Source of the DNA: Lingula anatina
Taxonomy: Eukaryota > Animalia > Brachiopoda
Length of the DNA: 64,000 bases
NCBI GenBank assembly: GCA_051362555.1
Contig: CM120644.1
Location: 17,196,534 to 17,260,533 of the forward strand
Reading direction: 5' to 3'
Shown: positions 1 to 64,000 of the stretch, in pieces
How positions within the stretch are numbered: the stretch's first letter is position 1
Layout of the letters: every line of letters begins with the position of its first letter
Notes under the pieces: model-generated
Told to the model about the DNA's origin: nothing
Databases searched by the model: none
What the model saw: only the letters and a program-made list of their open reading frames with translations
Translations under genes and position numbers: made by a program

Positions 1-98
1 GGGTTTATTGAACATTCGTGAACAGTTTCAGAAACAACCTTTCACCTAAAATGAGCTATACCTGTTGTTATTTGCATAACAACAAGTTGTTCATCGTA

Positions 99-1272
99 GT
101 GCGAGCTGTCTTCCCGAATGCTCACTTGGCAGTTAGACAGAGTCGGGTGTAGACGCATATGGTATGTGTGGTGCAGTCAGAGGGTCGAGCTTTTAGAAGG
201 CGTGGAAGGAAATACATGTTTGTGAGTATCACTTTTTCTTCATCAACCACAGCCATTAAATAATAAAGGCGCAGAAGTATAAGGAAAATATTTACGACAA
301 ATATTTATGACATGAATCCTTTTACTATATTTCCATTGTTACTTGCATGTCACTCAGAATGGTAGAAATTATTGCTTACAATGCATTGGGACTCCAAATA
401 TTCAGGATAAACGGCGTATTCATCCGACTTTTGATGATAACTTAAGTTTGCTTGAAATACTTTGCACTTTGTAACCCTCTGTTTGAACATTTTGTGTGCC
501 CCGGCCTTGACAATTAATTTTGAATATTGTGACCTAATTTAAAATGGCGTGTTGGTTTAAATGTAAGTATTACCACTCAAATGAATTAATTGGATGATGC
601 TTGTCACTGTTCTGAGCTTCTGATCCAAGGATTTCGAGTGCTCATTACACATTGATAAACAGATACATATCTTATATTTCACACAGCCTGCATGTCGTCT
701 CCATTGTGCCGTGTGTTGTGTATCCATTACACGATTCACTGTATGAAAACTTATTATATATGTGCGATATATTTGTTTTAATTTTTGAAGAGAATTTGTA
801 AATGATCTCTTTCTCTGAAATGCGTCAACATGTACTACAATACGTGTTATAACTTTTAATATCAAGAGGAATATGTTAACGGTCGTAGCAATTACCTCAC
901 CCACCCTGCAAATGAAATGGGCTGTGCTATCAATGTTACTTTTTTTAACAAGAGGCCTCAAATAGTTATATTATTAACTAATTCCAGATCATAATTTTGG
1001 TTTTGCGCTTGCTGAACCTGAACATTATGCAGACTAGTAAATAAACGTGCACGCCATTCCATTTATATGTGCCTTCTGCCCTCATGCATTATTAGAATGT
1101 AAAGAGCCTGTCTGTTTAGTTCAAAGTTGCAAACATCATTTTATCTTTTCAGGAGCTCAACGAGATTCTGCACAGCATCCGCCTGAAAGCAACATATGAA
1201 GTCAGCCTAAATTTGTTTCACACACAGGAACCCACGCTCCTTCGTACATCTATTATATGAAAACTCAATAAA
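99..1272 (+). other. possible 3' end of a small upstream spliced transcript of unknown product
   Basis: GTGAGT donor at 222, ttttcag acceptor ending 1152, AATAAA near 1267; no recognisable protein. Confidence 0.25.
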
Positions 1273-1921
1273 AAAATTTTGCAACTTGGCGTTTTATTTT
1301 TCACTTAGTTATAAAATTATTATGATAAGGTTATAGTAGTAATCAATAGAAAGAGTTATTTTTAGTGTTTAACTTTGAGGACTTTCAAATTCAATCTGAA
1401 CTGTAAATACGTACTGTCAATGTTTTTGTGGTTGACGGTTTTCTGTGGTACCTAAATTTTAAATAGTTGTAAAATAACCAATATTTTCTAGATAACCCCT
1501 CCAAGCTGTTTTAGCAAACTGAAATAAAATATCTTAAATGGTTTTCAACAGCCTACATTTAACTGTTTAGTTCAAATTTATATAAATTTACAATCCCGGT
1601 TTTTAAAAACACGAGATTTTTGTTCTTTAGCACATGGAACTAATTTATTTGGATATAACTTTTCCTAGATATTTTCTTATATAGGGAGGGTCCCATTTTG
1701 ACGGGGTTTGGCCTTTGCTATCATGAATTGTTTTAATTTCGCGGCCTATTCTTAGTATAAATACTTAATTTGATATTTGAACGTAATACTGAAAAGATGG
1801 CATGATTCAAGTTATTGTTTTTGAATTGATACAGCTGAAATTGGCCAAAAAATTTAACTTTTGAGGGTAAAACAATTTCTACAGTTCCTGTTCTCTGAAC
1901 CAAATTGGGAAAATTACAAGT

Positions 1922-2436
1922 CTCGCCCCACCTGCCACCCCTCTGATGCAATGGACTCGTCCCACCTGCCACCCCTCTGATGCAATGGACTGGCCCCACC
2001 TGTCACCCCTCTGATGCAATGGACTGGCCCCACCTGTCACCCCTCTAATGCAATGGACTCGCCTCACCTGTCACCCCTCTGATGCAATGGACTCGCCCCA
2101 CCTGGCACCCCTCTGATGCAATGGACTCGCCCCACCTGTCACCCCTTCTAATGCAATGGAATCGCCCCACCTGTCACCCCTCTAATGCAATGGACTCGCC
2201 CCACCTGGCACCCCTCTGATGCAATGGACTCGCCCCACCTGTCACCCCTTCTAATGCAATGGAATCGCCCCACCTGTCACCCCTCTGATGCAATGGACTC
2301 GCCCCACCTGTCACCCCTTCTAATGCAATGGAATCACCCCACCTGTCACCCCTCTGATGCAATGGAATCACCCCACCTGACCCCCCCTTAATACAATGGA
2401 CTCGCCCCACCTATCACCCCTCTTATGGAATGGAAT
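1922..2436. repeat. minisatellite, 34-35 bp unit, about 15 copies
   Basis: unit ctcgccccacctgtcacccctctgatgcaatgga, head-to-tail with no spacers. Confidence 0.95.
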
Positions 2437-3339
2437 AGCCTGAGATCGCTCGGATTGTGTGGATTTTCTCCACTAAAACCCTCCAATTGAATGGACTCCC
2501 CAACTTGTCTATCAGATGACGTTACTTCCAAACATTTTCACTACTCCTGTTTTAGCTGACCTCGTAAGCAATTTATTAGAATGAATTATTTAAAATGATG
2601 TTAAAACAATCCATTAATTCATCACAAACGCCAATCAAATATCAGGATTACTTGAAAATACCGTTTTAATAATTTTGATAAATCTTATTACATATTAAGT
2701 GTATTTTCAAAGGATTTTTAAAGCTTTTCATCATGTCTTTAATTTCGGATAGGTACCGACAGCCTGAGGGTACTAAAATCCTCATCGCTTTAAAGTCGCC
2801 AACTAACCCCAACCACAATTTGTAATCAGCCACTAGTTGTAGTTAAGACAGCGTATGACGCAGGCTTGATGCCCAACGTTATACCGACAGCGTATGGCGC
2901 GAATACTGCTTGATATATTGGTAAATATAACCGACACATATCCATTTATATATCTTTATAACGTTGTTAGAATGTTTTATACTAGATGGGATAACCTGAT
3001 ATTTATTGACGAAAAGGGTTTATTCTTAAAATTGAACAAGCATTGTAGAAAAAAAATTGGTAGTTATTAGTATTATCCAATTAATTTTATACGTAGTTGC
3101 GATATCATATATGAACCAAATTTTGAGCTTTCCCTATACTGATAGTTTGCCTATTTGCCGCCAGGTTTGCTCAACGACAAAGTGAATGATAAGCTATTGT
3201 GAAATAAAATGGGATTGATGTTTTCAAAAAAATAATATTAGTTAACATTATAATGGGTTGTTCCATATCTTTAAAACCTTAATATATAGATAATGACCTT
3301 CGATTAAACACAAAGTTCGCAACAAATAAGACAGGCTCC

Positions 3340-3415
3340 TCTTTAATATGAAACCGAGGCTTCCGTCATGGCCGTGTCGAGTTGGTAAATAATCACACAA
3401 AAATATCTGTTTAGT
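3340..3415 (+). promoter_or_regulatory. probable promoter/5' UTR region of the AKAP9/PCNT-like gene
   Basis: directly upstream of ATG; ETS-like CTTCCG next to YY1-like CATGGCCG (about 3360-3374); locally more CpG. Confidence 0.35.
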
Positions 3416-62327
<58,912 letters not shown>

Positions 62328-62439
62328 GTAATGTAGAACAGAAGTGTTTATTAGAGGTATTCATATATTACATGCATATTAGGTTGTAAAAAAATATCAG
62401 TTAAAATGCAGAGTCATTCTCCTGAAAGTTTTAACTTAA

Positions 62440-62776
62440 AGGGATAATAACTCTTCGTTTTGGCCAAAAAATGAATTTTCCTGGAGCAAACAACAATTTT
62501 CCCGTACTTACCAATGGTTAATGAATCAATTTTTACATTCAAAGTTAGTTCCTGGTTTTTTTCTAAAAAGTTTGTTTTTTTCTTAAAATCTCTTAAGAGA
62601 TTATAACTGAGTATAGCCATCAATGGAGGTCACGTGATCTGAAGACAAGCTCAGATATCAGAATAATAGCTATAACTGCTGTTTTTGTGGTAAAACAGAA
62701 TATATTATATTTCTATGAGTTGTTCACAATGTTTTTTTTGTGAAATATAGATATCATACAAAGAGTTATTATCCCT
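62440..62776. mobile_element. TTAA-flanked Kolobok-like MITE
   Basis: TTAA|agggataataactct ... agagttattatccct|TTAA, perfect 15-bp TIR. Confidence 0.8.
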
Positions 62777-62780
62777 TTAA

Positions 62781-63771
62781 AGACAGTCTCAGCGCGTTAA
62801 ACCCTTAAAATAGCACGAAAATGAATTTTCCTGGAAATCTCACCAATTTCCCCATAATGACCAAGGTATATCCTATCCAAAACCGTTGAGAAAATGAACC
62901 TACCTAATACCGTTTTTAAGTTCCATTAAATAATAAAAGACGACTCGTCTTAAATACTCAGCTACCACCTCACAGTACGGCTTCAGAACGCGCAATTTCT
63001 CGCTAAGTCTCGCGGTTTACTATGAATGAAGTACTACGGCTGAGACCCGGATGTTACTATTTGGCGCCAAAACAGCAAACATGGCTCAGACGCGCGTCAA
63101 GTCTGAAGAGGAGAGCGACAAAAGGGGACGAAAGAAAATAGCCACTCCAGTTCGAAAGATACGAAAGAAAATTAGAGACAGACGAAGAAGCACTCAGACT
63201 GTGTATGTTGGGAGGGAGGTGGGGCGGTGGAGGACACTTAAAGCTGAGTTAGGACTCACATACGAGGCAATGGCGAAACTACTCCTCGACACGTGAGTAT
63301 GCGCTTCACAGGTCTCAAGTGTGTCTGATTATCATATTATCCTGTTCACAATAAATGACAATATTTGTGCTCATACAAAGTTGGTTACGTGTATAAGAGC
63401 GTTTTGGGCTTTACGTTGTCTATTTTTGATCGGTACATGTACCGAAAAGATGGACAGGCGGCACTTACATGTCTGACAAGTTTCGCTGTGTAGTCGTGAC
63501 GTCTATCTCATTCTGACTGAAGCCTGCTGTGATTGGTCGTAAGCGTGGGAAAATCGAGGTCGTGACCTTGAGCCGGAAGTACTTCTGGCTGTGCTCCGAA
63601 ATCATGATAAATAGTTTTCGTTTTCTAATTCTTTATTCTAGTTGTCTTAACAGGACTTTTGTGACCCAGACTTATTAATATAATAATAAACAATCTCACA
63701 AAACACAAATCTGATCAAAGCTTTACATAGAACCTGCTTCTATACATTAATCTAACCCACTGAGACTGTCT
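62781..63771 (+). mobile_element. TTAA-flanked Kolobok-like internally deleted element retaining a first coding exon
   Basis: TTAA|agacagtctcag ... ctgagactgtct|TTAA. Confidence 0.8.
63081..63292 (+). CDS. transposon-borne first exon: basic region + VYVG...RWRTLK..LG......AKLLLD motif
   Basis: good ATG context aacATGG; GTGAGT donor at 63293; motif resembles N-termini of some transposon-associated and ZNF692/ZNF653-type proteins (from memory). Confidence 0.55.
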
Positions 63772-63804
63772 TTAAAAGACTTGTCTTGCCTTGGCAGTAG
63801 AAGT

Positions 63805-63982
63805 CCTCTAGGTGGCAGCACAAACAAAACTTAGTTGGAACCACTTGCTACACCCCAGAATTGTCATAAAAGTCTTTAACCACCAGATGGTTGATGATCA
63901 GATTGAAACATCTGATGTCCAAACACCAAGTGGCAGCAGAATTATAGCCTAACTGCTGTTGTTCAACCACTAGATGGCAGCA
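63805..63982 (+). promoter_or_regulatory. cluster of four co-oriented CTCF-like motifs
   Basis: cctctaggtggcagca 63805, ccaccagatggttga 63880, acaccaagtggcagca 63923, ccactagatggcagca 63967. Confidence 0.55.
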
Positions 63983-64000
63983 CAGGTATTACAAAGTTTT

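Noticed and set aside
1922-2436. CRISPR array (repeat length about 34 bp)
   Set aside because: Units are contiguous with no unique spacers, there are no cas genes, and the context is eukaryotic. The ORFs over it are repeat artefacts.

Overview
Eukaryotic, AT-rich, intron-rich genomic DNA from an animal, probably an invertebrate such as a lophotrochozoan (inferred from repeat types, not proven). Almost the whole window is one + strand gene encoding a giant coiled-coil centrosomal scaffold of the AKAP9 (CG-NAP)/pericentrin family. I traced 49 phase-consistent exons by hand from ATG 3416 to 62327, about 4,130 codons; the gene runs off the right edge before any PACT domain. Its introns hold: (i) a 5'-truncated Penelope-like retroelement (RT + GIY-YIG) with a 14-bp target-site duplication, a hammerhead-ribozyme-like 3' end and an inverted tail; (ii) a 165-bp fold-back insertion that looks like a minimal Penelope product folded back at a hammerhead helix, with a related tail; (iii) a 2.9-kb Ginger1-like fold-back element; (iv) Helentron-type non-autonomous elements, one swollen by satellite arrays; (v) two abutting TTAA-flanked Kolobok-like elements; (vi) several MITEs and mini/microsatellites. 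The gene also shows two GC-AG introns, candidate alternative first and cassette exons, repeated local duplications of exon boundaries, and clusters of CTCF-like motifs. All family assignments come from motif recognition; no database searches were run.
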